Positions 14,762 to 23,139 of a stretch of 49,338 nucleotides of DNA are shown here, in pieces. This DNA is from a virus. Position numbers and translations under genes: made by a program. Below the pieces are notes generated by a model that was not told where the DNA came from, searched no databases, and saw only the letters and a list, made by a program, of their open reading frames with translations. The DNA lies in the IMG/VR virus record IMGVR_UViG_3300045988_118932. The stretch is one strand, 5' to 3'. Numbering within the stretch: position 1 is the stretch's first letter; each line of letters starts with the position of its first letter.

Positions 14762-15592
14762 ATGGGACAAGAAAATCAAACAACAGAACTGCAGATTACC
14801 CAGGCAAAACAAGCTGCCGAATTTGCACTTACTCCGGTCGGACAGATGGTGAAACAGTTCGAGGTCATGCAACGCATGGCAAAGATGTACACGGAAAGCA
14901 CAATCGTACCAGAAGCCTATAAAGGCAATGTTGGCAACTGTGTGATTGCGATTGATATGGCAACACGTATGGGCGTGAATTCGCTGATGGTCATGCAAAA
15001 CCTTTACATTGTCAAGGGCAACCCCTCATGGTCGAGCAAATTCCTTATTGCTACCATCAGCATGAGTGGTAAATATTCATCCCTACGATACCGAAAACGA
15101 AGTCTCGGTAAGGTCGGAAAGATCAAATATAACGAAACGGTTTGGGATAATGTTGCTAAGCGTAATACCATAGTGGTAAAAGAGTTTGACGGTACAGATG
15201 TTGACAACATTGAATGTATTGCCTACGCAACTGAACTTTCTACAGGGGAGACACTTGAATCCGATCCTATAACGATTGAAACGGCAATTAAGGAAGGATG
15301 GTATACAAAAACCGGTAGCAAGTGGGTTACAATGCCAAGCCTTATGCTTACTTATCGTGCTGCTGCATTCTGGCAACGTATGTACTGTCCTGAAATCAGC
15401 ATGGGATTCTTGACTAAAGAAGAAGCTGACGACATACAGGATGTCGAATATGAAGAAATCAAGCCAAAAAACAAGCTGGCCGATCTGGCAAGCATAGCAG
15501 CCGCCCCAAAAAAAATGGAAGAACAGCAACCATCCCCAGTTGAAAAGCAGAGACGGATAGTAAACAACCCCTCACAAAAAAACCTGTTATGA
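14762..15592 (+). CDS. recT: RecT-family single-strand annealing protein
   Basis: The N-terminal region ...FEVMQRMAKMYTESTIVPEAYKGNVGNCVIAIDMATRMGVNSLMVMQNLYIVKGNPSWSSKF is typical RecT, and it pairs with the downstream exonuclease. Confidence 0.8.
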   Translation: MGQENQTTELQITQAKQAAEFALTPVGQMVKQFEVMQRMAKMYTESTIVPEAYKGNVGNCVIAIDMATRMGVNSLMVMQNLYIVKGNPSWSSKFLIATISMSGKYSSLRYRKRSLGKVGKIKYNETVWDNVAKRNTIVVKEFDGTDVDNIECIAYATELSTGETLESDPITIETAIKEGWYTKTGSKWVTMPSLMLTYRAAAFWQRMYCPEISMGFLTKEEADDIQDVEYEEIKPKNKLADLASIAAAPKKMEEQQPSPVEKQRRIVNNPSQKNLL

Positions 15593-16263
15593 TTGATAAT
15601 GCAGCACAGCATACGATAGCTTGGTTCCGCGCCCGTCATGGGAATATCACAGGCAGCAATGTCGGCTTACTAATGAAAAGCGGGCGCACGGACATCTTTT
15701 CTGAAACAGGGAAAAGCTACATATATCAAATAGCATCAGAAAGGGCAATGAATCCGGCTATCGTTAATGACGATAGCCAGTTTGCCGAATATCTCAAGCA
15801 AACGGAAGTGACCAGCAAGGCGATACGATGGGGCAACGAACAAGAGGCGGATGCTCGCAACCTGTATGCCGAAATATCCGGTCTGCATATTGTGGAGGTC
15901 GGTTCGTGCAAACATCCTACCATTCCACATTTTGCCAGCAGTCCAGACGGTTTTTACTACGACGAGAACACCGGCATAAAGTCCTGTCTGGAAATAAAAT
16001 GTCCCAACCAGGCAACATTCATGCGCTACAAGAACGAGATTTATGACAACGCATCCCTATTAAGCGTAAAATATGAATACTTCTATCAGTGCATGGCACA
16101 CATGATGTGTACAGGGGCGAAAGAGGTATATTTCATTGTCTATAATCCATACCAATCCGATCCGATACACATCGTCCGTATCCTGCCGGATGAAAAAATA
16201 TTCGCGGAAATGGATAGGCGTATACGCCTTGCTAACGATTTGATAGATAAAATAATTAATTAA
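15589..16263 (+). CDS. YqaJ/lambda-exonuclease-like recombination exonuclease
   Basis: WFRARHGNITGSNVG and CLEIKCP motifs (PD-(D/E)xK); 4-nt overlap with recT. Confidence 0.8.
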   Translation: MIDNAAQHTIAWFRARHGNITGSNVGLLMKSGRTDIFSETGKSYIYQIASERAMNPAIVNDDSQFAEYLKQTEVTSKAIRWGNEQEADARNLYAEISGLHIVEVGSCKHPTIPHFASSPDGFYYDENTGIKSCLEIKCPNQATFMRYKNEIYDNASLLSVKYEYFYQCMAHMMCTGAKEVYFIVYNPYQSDPIHIVRILPDEKIFAEMDRRIRLANDLIDKIIN

Positions 16264-16270
16264 ACCCAAT

Positions 16271-17212
16271 ATGAAAACACAGCAGTTAATAACAATAAAA
16301 GAAAGCGACCTTGAACTGGTAGTTAGTGAAAAAACATTAGGTAGCCTTACTACTAATGCGATCCAAATCAGAGACATGGTAAAATCAACTCTTCCCATGT
16401 ACGATATATCTAACTATAACGATGACAATATCGACCAAGCGAAGAGAGATAAAGCTGCTCTCAACAAGGCGGCCAAACTTCTCAACTCAAAACGTCTTGA
16501 AATCGAAAAGGAATTTATGAAACCTTTCGGAGAGTTCAAGGAAGTTGTGGCTGAAACCGTAAAATTGATTGGCGAATGCTCTGCCAAGATTGACACGGTA
16601 GTCAAGCAGAACGAGCAGCAGTATAAAGACAAGAAACTTGCCGTTATCCGTTCCTATTTCGACGATGGAAATACGAATCTGATCGACTTTCGGAAAATCT
16701 TCAAGCTGGAATGGCTTAACAAGTCCACAAGCATGAAAGCGGTACAAGCAGACATTGAAACGGTTTTCGCTAAGGTTGACGAAGATCTTGAAACGCTTAA
16801 AGGCTTTGGCGGTGATGATTTTGACGTACTTCGCACATACTATATGGACACGATGAACATTGGCAATACCATCCAGTATGCTAATCGTCTGAAGGAACAA
16901 CGCGAACGTGCCCAAGCAGCAGAAGAAGCACGTATCAAAGCTGAACAGGAACGAAAAGAACAGGAAGAAGCACGTAAGAAAGTAGAAGCAGAACAACCCA
17001 AAGTTAGCCAACCCAATCCTTTTAATACGGCTAATCAAAGGATGAATGGGCAACCTTCTTTTATGGATCAGCCTAAAGAACAGCCTGTGCCGGCACAGCC
17101 GGAACTTCTAACTCGTGCCTTCAAGGTCACAACAACCCGTGAAAATATTATCGCTCTCGGCAACTTCATGAACGAACACGGCATTGACTTCGACAAGATA
17201 GAGGTTCCATGA
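16271..17212 (+). CDS. DUF1351-like recombination-module protein
   Basis: 313 aa, coiled-coil and charged (EEARIKAEQERKEQEEARKK). Its position after RecT/Exo is as in many siphophages. Confidence 0.45.
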   Translation: MKTQQLITIKESDLELVVSEKTLGSLTTNAIQIRDMVKSTLPMYDISNYNDDNIDQAKRDKAALNKAAKLLNSKRLEIEKEFMKPFGEFKEVVAETVKLIGECSAKIDTVVKQNEQQYKDKKLAVIRSYFDDGNTNLIDFRKIFKLEWLNKSTSMKAVQADIETVFAKVDEDLETLKGFGGDDFDVLRTYYMDTMNIGNTIQYANRLKEQRERAQAAEEARIKAEQERKEQEEARKKVEAEQPKVSQPNPFNTANQRMNGQPSFMDQPKEQPVPAQPELLTRAFKVTTTRENIIALGNFMNEHGIDFDKIEVP

Positions 17213-17458
17213 CTTGAGGATGAAGACAGGATAAGTAAAACAGACGTTAAAACAATCATAGGTCTGCTCAGTCGGTCGCAAGTACTAATAGACGCCAACT
17301 GCTCTAAGCCGGTCGATCTGGATGTAGCCCACAGATGCAGGAAGATGGCCCGTAAATTAGAAAGGAGCTTGAAATGAATGATTACGAATACATTCCGGAT
17401 TGGAAAGTCTGGGAATAGTCGAATAGTATGTTTTGCATGGTATTAGTTTAGGTTAGTT

Positions 17459-17492
17459 TCCCCTTGCCGTCCGTGAGGATATGCAGAGGGGA
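17459..17492 (+). promoter_or_regulatory. Conserved hairpin B (same 15-nt core as hairpin A)
   Basis: TCCCCTTGC-CGTCCGTGAGGATAT-GCAGAGGGGA, followed by GTTTTGG and then tRNA-like element 3. Confidence 0.6.
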
Positions 17493-17497
17493 GTTTT

Positions 17498-17560
17498 GGG
17501 ACGAAAGGGAGTGATTGCGTAAGCCATAGTGTCAGGTCGGTTCGATTCCGCCCCGTCCCA
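17498..17560 (+). ncRNA. tRNA-like element 3 (acceptor plus T-arm, 63 nt, no D or anticodon arms)
   Basis: The 5' GGGACG pairs with the 3' CGTCCC. The T-arm is GTCGG-TTCGATT-CCGCC with one mismatch. It is followed by ACAAAAG like elements 1 and 2. Confidence 0.5.
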
Positions 17561-17618
17561 CAAAAGATGTTGAATTAAAAATTATTATAGAAATGTTTGG
17601 TATTTGTGATTTGAATAG

Positions 17619-17822
17619 TATCTTTGTGGTGTTCACGCCAAGAACAAGACATATTAGCTTGAGTAAATGGGTATATTTTTATGCTCATTTGAAAGCGTAT
17701 ATCACAAAGATATAAGGCTGTCACTCCCATTGGATACCCACTGCTCATGCTGTGTGTACTGTTCTTGGCGGAACGGGAGGCGACAGCCTTTCTTCATTCT
17801 ATACTCAAATACTTGTCCTAAA
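17619..17822 (+). promoter_or_regulatory. Promoter box TATCTTTG plus a ~190-nt structured leader
   Basis: The -7 box lies at 17619-17626. CGCCAAGAACA (17636) and GCCAAGAACA (17825, over the ATG) are both complementary to TGTTCTTGGCG (17760). A long helix pairs 17714-17728 with 17775-17790. Confidence 0.55.
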
Positions 17823-18059
17823 ATGCCAAGAACAGGAAGTATTAGAGCGAACGTGAATAATAGTAATGTTCAATCTACGCCCAACAGTGCGAAAACTGTA
17901 TCTTATCAAAAGTTTGAAATAGAAAAGAACGCCAAAAACAAGGCTTACTACTTCATCTTATCCAACGGACTTTTTGAAGCATTTGCAGAGTTCTGCAAAA
18001 ACTATCATTCAAGCAGCCCTCACAAGGATTGTTTTGATTGTCTATTGTCAAATTTTTAA
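17823..18059 (+). CDS. Hypothetical protein (78 aa)
   Basis: An internal ATG of track ORF 17667..18059 (MPRTGSIRANV...). The upstream part of the track ORF overlaps the structured leader. Confidence 0.45.
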   Translation: MPRTGSIRANVNNSNVQSTPNSAKTVSYQKFEIEKNAKNKAYYFILSNGLFEAFAEFCKNYHSSSPHKDCFDCLLSNF

Positions 18060-18071
18060 TCATATTTTCTT

Positions 18072-18617
18072 ATGGAAGAAATCTGGAAAGATATATCCGG
18101 ATATGAAGGACTATATCAAGTTTCTAATATGGGCAGAGTTAGGTCCAAGAAAAGGATATTTGAAAATAAGGGAACCGGAAAATATAAAAGAAATACCAGA
18201 ATTTTATTATGTAGCAAACATAATAAAGGATATCTAACAGTGACACTATTTAAGAATGGGAGATATAAACGTTTTCTTATTCATAGATTAGTAGCTAAGG
18301 CATTCCTGCCTCATGATATTTTCAGAAATCAGGTAAATCATATTGATGGAAATAAGACAAATAACAATATATCAAATATAGAATGGTGCAGCTCTTCTGA
18401 AAACCAGACACACAGAAGAGATATTTTAAAAAAGAAATTTGCGACTGGTAAACCTGTTATTCAGACTGATAATAAAGGGGATATTATAAGACAATTTGAA
18501 TCAATATTACAGGCTGCTAAATTAACAGGAATAAAACACCAGAACATATCTAGAGTATGCAATGGAAAATACAGACAAGCAGGAGGTTTTAGGTGGAAAT
18601 TTTTAAAAAACATATAA
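18072..18617 (+). CDS. HNH homing endonuclease (NUMOD4 plus HNH_3 plus C-terminal NUMOD1-like HTH)
   Basis: EEIWKDISGYEGLYQVSNMGRVRS (NUMOD4), VNHIDGNKTNNNISNIEW (HNH) and GIKHQNISRVCNGK (IENR/NUMOD). Confidence 0.85.
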   Translation: MEEIWKDISGYEGLYQVSNMGRVRSKKRIFENKGTGKYKRNTRILLCSKHNKGYLTVTLFKNGRYKRFLIHRLVAKAFLPHDIFRNQVNHIDGNKTNNNISNIEWCSSSENQTHRRDILKKKFATGKPVIQTDNKGDIIRQFESILQAAKLTGIKHQNISRVCNGKYRQAGGFRWKFLKNI

Positions 18618-18619
18618 TT

Positions 18620-19219
18620 ATGACAAGTACATATTTTGAATGTAAAGTCTCCTATGAAAAGATAATGGAGGACGGAAAGCAAAAGAAAGTGACGGAGCCC
18701 TATTTGGTCGATGCCTTGTCGTTTACAGAAGCAGAGGCACGTATCATTGAAGAATTAACCCCTTTTATCAGCGGTGAGTTTGTGATAAAAGACATCAAGC
18801 GGGCAAAGTTGTCCGAGATATTCTTCAATGAAAATGGCGACCGCTTCTATAAGATCAAAGTCTACTTTATTACGCTCGACGAGAAAAGCGGAGCTGAAAA
18901 GAAAACAGCTGCACAGATGCTGACACAAGCCTCCAATTTGAAAGAAGCTATCGAAGTGCTGGAAAAAGGAATGAAGGATACTTTGGCCGATTACGAAATC
19001 GCTTCTGTTACCGAAACCGCACTCGTGGATATATTCCCGTATGATGCCGAAGATGACAAAAATACGGATAAAACAGCCGACGCCAACAATCCATCCGTCC
19101 GTAAATTCTTCCAGTCCCTACCTGAAGGATGTAAGACGGAAATCACCGTATCGGGAAAGAAGATCATCGTAGACAAGACCGGACGTGACACGGTTGTAAC
19201 ACCGATGGATGAAGGATGA
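18620..19219 (+). CDS. DUF4494-like protein
   Basis: MTSTYFECKVSYEKIMEDGKQKKVTEPYLVDALSFTEAEARI... is the typical DUF4494 N-terminus. The start was moved to 18620. Confidence 0.55.
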   Translation: MTSTYFECKVSYEKIMEDGKQKKVTEPYLVDALSFTEAEARIIEELTPFISGEFVIKDIKRAKLSEIFFNENGDRFYKIKVYFITLDEKSGAEKKTAAQMLTQASNLKEAIEVLEKGMKDTLADYEIASVTETALVDIFPYDAEDDKNTDKTADANNPSVRKFFQSLPEGCKTEITVSGKKIIVDKTGRDTVVTPMDEG

Positions 19220-19235
19220 GAAAGGAAACAGTTCG

Positions 19236-19301
19236 ATGGATTTTGGATACGACATACCGGACTATGAACCGGATGAATACGATAATTACGATTACGAATG
19301 A
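19236..19301 (+). CDS. Acidic Tyr-rich micro-ORF (21 aa)
   Basis: MDFGYDIPDYEPDEYDNYDYE, with an ATGA overlap onto the VRR-NUC start; coding status is uncertain. Confidence 0.25.
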   Translation: MDFGYDIPDYEPDEYDNYDYE

Positions 19302-19651
19302 GACATATAGAAGATCAATTACAAAAGTCAATAGTCAGATGGTTCGATTTGCAATATGCGAACCTCAGACACTTGCTGATACACGTTCCTAACGGAGGCT
19401 ATCGCAATGCAGTCGAGGCAGCGAAGTTTAAACAAATGGGTGTCAGAGCCGGGGTCCCGGACCTCATTTTGCTATATCCAAATAAAGAACACCCGTTTAT
19501 GGGGATCGAGTTGAAGGCCGGAAAAAACAGGCAATCCGTACACCAGAAGGAATACGAAGCTGAGTTTGGTCGGATCGGCGCCAAATATGTCGTTGTCCGT
19601 TCGATCGGCGAATTCATGAAAGTTATGAATGAGTACTTAAACAACGTATGA
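19298..19651 (+). CDS. VRR-NUC domain nuclease
   Basis: GVPDLILLYPNKEHPFMGIELKAGKNRQSVHQKEY matches the VRR-NUC core (G.PD....fiE.K....S..Q). Confidence 0.75.
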   Translation: MRHIEDQLQKSIVRWFDLQYANLRHLLIHVPNGGYRNAVEAAKFKQMGVRAGVPDLILLYPNKEHPFMGIELKAGKNRQSVHQKEYEAEFGRIGAKYVVVRSIGEFMKVMNEYLNNV

Positions 19652-20028
19652 CGATGGAGAAAGAGATAAAAGAAATAAGCGATTATCTAAACACCACCTG
19701 TTCGAACAATCCGGCGGAAATACAAGAGCGCATATCCGTCATCATGGTCTACATGATGCGTACCGGCGAAATGCTCGCAGAGGCAAAAAAAATACTCCGG
19801 AAGAAAAAGTCTGACGAGATACAGAACATGATCATCCGGATAGCGAAAGAAAATTGCCTGTCGGCCAAAGTGCAGAATGCCTTGCTGGACAGTATCGCGG
19901 AAGACGAATGCTATCTGGTCGACCGACTGGATAGACTCAATGCTTCTTGCACGCATCAACTGGATTCGCTTCGAAGCCTGCTTAGTTACGAGAAGGAATC
20001 GCTTAGATTAAATAAGACTGGGTATTGA
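19648..20028 (+). CDS. Hypothetical protein (126 aa)
   Basis: ORF track; 4-nt overlap with the upstream gene. Confidence 0.5.
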   Translation: MTMEKEIKEISDYLNTTCSNNPAEIQERISVIMVYMMRTGEMLAEAKKILRKKKSDEIQNMIIRIAKENCLSAKVQNALLDSIAEDECYLVDRLDRLNASCTHQLDSLRSLLSYEKESLRLNKTGY

Positions 20029-20151
20029 TTATGAATAGATAACTAAAGTTTAAAAATTTAATTCACAATTATTTAAACCATAAACTAACTATATTAATGA
20101 GTATCTTTATATCATTAACAACAAACTGGATAACAATGGATAAATCAAGAT

Positions 20152-20985
20152 ATGGCTAAAGCGAAAACAGGATTATCTTTCTATTCTATGGATTCCGACA
20201 GGTTCCAGGACATCCGGATAAAGCGATTGAAAAAAGATTGCGGATGCGATGGTTTTGCCGTTTACGAATATATACTCAATGAGATCTACCGGGTAAGAGG
20301 CTGTGTCCTCGTGTGGGACGAAAGTACTGCCTTTGATGTAGCCGAATACTGGGGATTGAAGGAAACAAAGGTGAATGAGATAGTACGCTACTGTTGTGCT
20401 GTGGGTCTTTTCAGCAAGGAACTGCTCTCTAATGGGAGTGTACTTACTTCACCATCCATTCAATCAAGATACATTGATATGTGTATCCGGGCGAAGCGGA
20501 AAGGCATAATAATTCCGGAAGAATGCGACATTATTCCGGAAGAATCGCGAAAAATACTGGAAGAATATCGAAAAACTCAGGAAGATTGCCGTAAAGTAAA
20601 GAATAGTAAAGTAAAAGAAACTCTCTCTATCGAGAGAGAAAAGAAAAGCGAGCCTTCCGGCTCTTTCTCCCACCCGGACCATCCGGGATTTCACCCTGAA
20701 AAAGTGGACAAACCACTGGATGAATGCAAAGCGTTCGTATGCGCTGATTCCGCATGGCTTGAAATAATCCACAGGCAGCAATATATCGGCATGAACGAGA
20801 TTCACGCCTATCTGGAAGAGTTTTTCCGTGAGCTGTCATGCCGGAACGTGAGAATGAAATCGCCGGAAGATGCGGAAATCCATTTCGCATCATGGCTAAG
20901 TATCAAACTTGAAAACCTAAGAAAAAATGCAGGGAATAGGAGGAATCATACATCCGCCGGTCCAAAACGCTACGGGGAGCCTTAA
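20152..20985 (+). CDS. DUF4373 (Lin1244/Lin1753-like N-terminal) replication initiator-like protein
   Basis: LSFYSMDSDRFQDIRIKRLKKDCGCDGFAVYEYILNEIY is the DUF4373 signature. The gene contains the iteron array. Confidence 0.65.
   Translation: MAKAKTGLSFYSMDSDRFQDIRIKRLKKDCGCDGFAVYEYILNEIYRVRGCVLVWDESTAFDVAEYWGLKETKVNEIVRYCCAVGLFSKELLSNGSVLTSPSIQSRYIDMCIRAKRKGIIIPEECDIIPEESRKILEEYRKTQEDCRKVKNSKVKETLSIEREKKSEPSGSFSHPDHPGFHPEKVDKPLDECKAFVCADSAWLEIIHRQQYIGMNEIHAYLEEFFRELSCRNVRMKSPEDAEIHFASWLSIKLENLRKNAGNRRNHTSAGPKRYGEP
20517..20587 (+). repeat. Four GGAAGA(A/T)T iterons at an exact 21-bp spacing (candidate origin)
   Basis: GGAAGAAT starts at 20517, 20538 and 20559, and GGAAGATT at 20580. The first two copies share a longer ATTCCGGAAGAAT match. 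Confidence 0.6.
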
Positions 20986-21568
20986 GATCGATCTCGATCC
21001 GTACAAACGGTGGTTCCTGCATGTAGCCGAGCAGGTGACAAAGGGAACATTCCGCATAGATGAGCGCAACAGGGACTTAGTAAACAACCTGTTCCTGTAC
21101 TTCCACCTCCAGGAAGGGCGGCTTGACAGGAGAAAGGGCATCTGGCTGGAAGGCCCTGTAGGTACAGGCAAAAGCACATTGATGCAAGTGTTCAGCCAAT
21201 ATTTCAAGAGCCTTAGGATGGGGTTCAGGGTCTATATATGCAGCCAAGTGACAACGGATTACTCGCTAACAGGTGATCCTAGCCGGTATCTGGATAACGC
21301 AGGATGGTCATCATCCGGACCAGTGCCAATGTGTTTTGACGAACTTGGCAGAGAGCCGATTCCGACCAAGTATTATGGCACGGAACTGAACGTCATGCAG
21401 CATATCCTGCACATCCGATACAGCTATTGGCAGACTACTGGATTAAAAACTTTTGTCACAACCAATGCTGACGGGGATGAAATAGAACGCTTGTATGGCG
21501 ATTTTATCCGTGACAGGAGGAAGGAAATGTTTAACATTATTCCTGTAACAGGGGATAGTCGAAGGTAA
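20927..21568 (+). CDS. P-loop ATPase, helicase-loader-like (DnaC/IstB-like)
   Basis: Walker A motif GPVGTGKST and a Walker-B-like CFDELG; it follows the initiator. The start is uncertain (59-nt overlap). Confidence 0.55.
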   Translation: MQGIGGIIHPPVQNATGSLKIDLDPYKRWFLHVAEQVTKGTFRIDERNRDLVNNLFLYFHLQEGRLDRRKGIWLEGPVGTGKSTLMQVFSQYFKSLRMGFRVYICSQVTTDYSLTGDPSRYLDNAGWSSSGPVPMCFDELGREPIPTKYYGTELNVMQHILHIRYSYWQTTGLKTFVTTNADGDEIERLYGDFIRDRRKEMFNIIPVTGDSRR

Positions 21569-21575
21569 TAGAATT

Positions 21576-21734
21576 ATGAAAATCAATGTATTCAGGACCC
21601 AATGCAAGATCGGATCAAAAGTCTTGTACAAAGGAAAAGTAAGAATTATTGCGGACATAGACCGGAGCACGAACAGCATCTCGTTTTCCGGCTACAGATG
21701 GATAAGATGCACAGAAGCGAAGCTACTGCCATGA
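21576..21734 (+). CDS. Hypothetical small protein (52 aa)
   Basis: My translation is MKINVFRTQCKIGSKVLYKGKVRIIADIDRSTNSISFSGYRWIRCTEAKLLP. An ATGA overlap links it to the next gene. Confidence 0.45.
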   Translation: MKINVFRTQCKIGSKVLYKGKVRIIADIDRSTNSISFSGYRWIRCTEAKLLP

Positions 21735-22381
21735 AACAATACAACAGTTGGGATGAAATAGACAAGGACACCGGCGGTCTTGTTACGAGTCTGACATATA
21801 TCGTCCTATTCGTCAATGACCAAGTGTATAATTTCGAAATGCAGCTTTCCGATCACATCAAGGGATGCGGACTTTATCGCCAAAAGGTCAAAATGCTGGT
21901 CAACAGCATGGACCGCCAAATGGCCGCATACAACAGACAAATATGCAGAACCGCAGGTGTAAACGCGGAAGCCATGGCCCTCATTACGCAGAGCATGGAG
22001 GACGATATCAAGCCTCATATAGATCGCTATGGATTTACCGTCAGCCAGGCATTGCATAATGCCGGATGCCATGAAGATTTGAATAAAGCTCTTTCCATTT
22101 GCTCTACGGTGGACATGCTATGCCAGACATCCCAAATTACCATCCGGGATTTCTTTACCGCCATAAGCAAATATGCCCCACTGGCTTACAATCCCCTTCG
22201 GTATCTCACCATGGATAAGATGCTGCACTTTGCAAGGGAGCTTACAGAGGTACTTACCCCCAAAGAGATACATGTAAATTTGAATGAGTTGCCAGAAATT
22301 GCAAACGCTTTTCAGGCCATAGCAAACAATATGCTTAGGGCGGAAGTATTTGAAAAAGCGTTTGAATCATGCGAAAAATGA
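21731..22381 (+). CDS. Hypothetical protein (216 aa)
   Basis: Track ORF 21602..22381 with the start moved to MKQYNSWDEI. Confidence 0.5.
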   Translation: MKQYNSWDEIDKDTGGLVTSLTYIVLFVNDQVYNFEMQLSDHIKGCGLYRQKVKMLVNSMDRQMAAYNRQICRTAGVNAEAMALITQSMEDDIKPHIDRYGFTVSQALHNAGCHEDLNKALSICSTVDMLCQTSQITIRDFFTAISKYAPLAYNPLRYLTMDKMLHFARELTEVLTPKEIHVNLNELPEIANAFQAIANNMLRAEVFEKAFESCEK

Positions 22382-22397
22382 CAAAAAAAGATGAAAT

Positions 22398-22538
22398 ATG
22401 AAAGATTGGATAGAAGAAGAAATAAAGCGCCTCGAAAAGGAGCGCGACAGGAATTTGGCAATACACTGTGACTATGTGGCCGCTAAATATCAAAGGATGA
22501 TTGATAAGATTAAGATCAAGAAAGAAGATAAAAATTAA
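22398..22538 (+). CDS. Hypothetical small coiled-coil protein (46 aa)
   Basis: My translation is MKDWIEEEIKRLEKERDRNLAIHCDYVAAKYQRMIDKIKIKKEDKN. Its last 20 nt form the left direct repeat of the cassette. Confidence 0.4.
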   Translation: MKDWIEEEIKRLEKERDRNLAIHCDYVAAKYQRMIDKIKIKKEDKN

Positions 22539-22545
22539 AAAGAAT

Positions 22546-23139
22546 ATGAATATGAACGAATTTATGACTATACCAGGAACAACTTATATTGTCACTCCTG
22601 ATTTAAAAATAATCAACTCAAAAACAAATAAGGAAAACCGTTGTACTAATATATCTGTATTAATGGATGATGGCCTTAGGCACGGTTTTAGACGTGAACG
22701 CCTAATCTATGCGGCCAAAAACAATATTAACCCGTTGCATATACCTAAATATATTATTGTCAATAAAAACGGAGATGGGATGGAGAGGTATGATTTTTAT
22801 AAAAAGCACAAAAGAGGGAGTGTAAAGTGTAGATATCCGTTTGATGTTAATGAGTATGAAAAACTAATTGATTGCCTGAAAAAAAAGGAACGTCCTTTAT
22901 TTATTATGAATTACATTAAAGATATAGAAAATTATTGCAAGTTTCATTTGGAGGTATCGAATGAAGAAGCGTACGAATTAGCAATAAGCGCGATTATGGC
23001 AACAATTGATAATGTGGAAAATGGCGTCTTTCCGCAATCTATAATGGGATATATACTAGGAACCTCTAAGAAAATGCTTTCCGCAAGAATAAAATATAAT
23101 AAAACATTTCTTAACAAGCTCGATAAACGATATGAATAA
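22546..23139 (+). CDS. Degenerate NUMOD4/HNH-like DNA-binding protein with a helical C-terminal domain
   Basis: FMTIPGTTYIVTPDLKIINSKT (NUMOD4-like) and GFRRERLIYAAKNNINP resemble the HNH_3 scaffold, but the HNH His/Asn motif is replaced by IVNKNGDG. Confidence 0.4.
   Translation: MNMNEFMTIPGTTYIVTPDLKIINSKTNKENRCTNISVLMDDGLRHGFRRERLIYAAKNNINPLHIPKYIIVNKNGDGMERYDFYKKHKRGSVKCRYPFDVNEYEKLIDCLKKKERPLFIMNYIKDIENYCKFHLEVSNEEAYELAISAIMATIDNVENGVFPQSIMGYILGTSKKMLSARIKYNKTFLNKLDKRYE

Noticed and set aside
10372-17560. Calling the four T-arm-containing elements ordinary phage tRNA genes
   Set aside because: None can be drawn with a 7-nt anticodon loop carrying U33 and a purine at 37. Two lack D and anticodon arms altogether, and acceptor stems are only 5-6 bp. 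They are reported as tRNA-like ncRNA candidates instead.
17667-17822. The 5' extension of track ORF 17667..18059
   Set aside because: It overlaps the long helices of the leader and encodes a Cys/Ser-rich implausible peptide. An internal ATG at 17823 with the complementary anti-start element is the more likely start.
18072-18617. A group I intron hosting the HNH endonuclease
   Set aside because: No interrupted host gene is visible, because the flanking ORFs are complete and unrelated. I also could not recognise P3-P7 core pairings. It is treated as a free-standing homing endonuclease.
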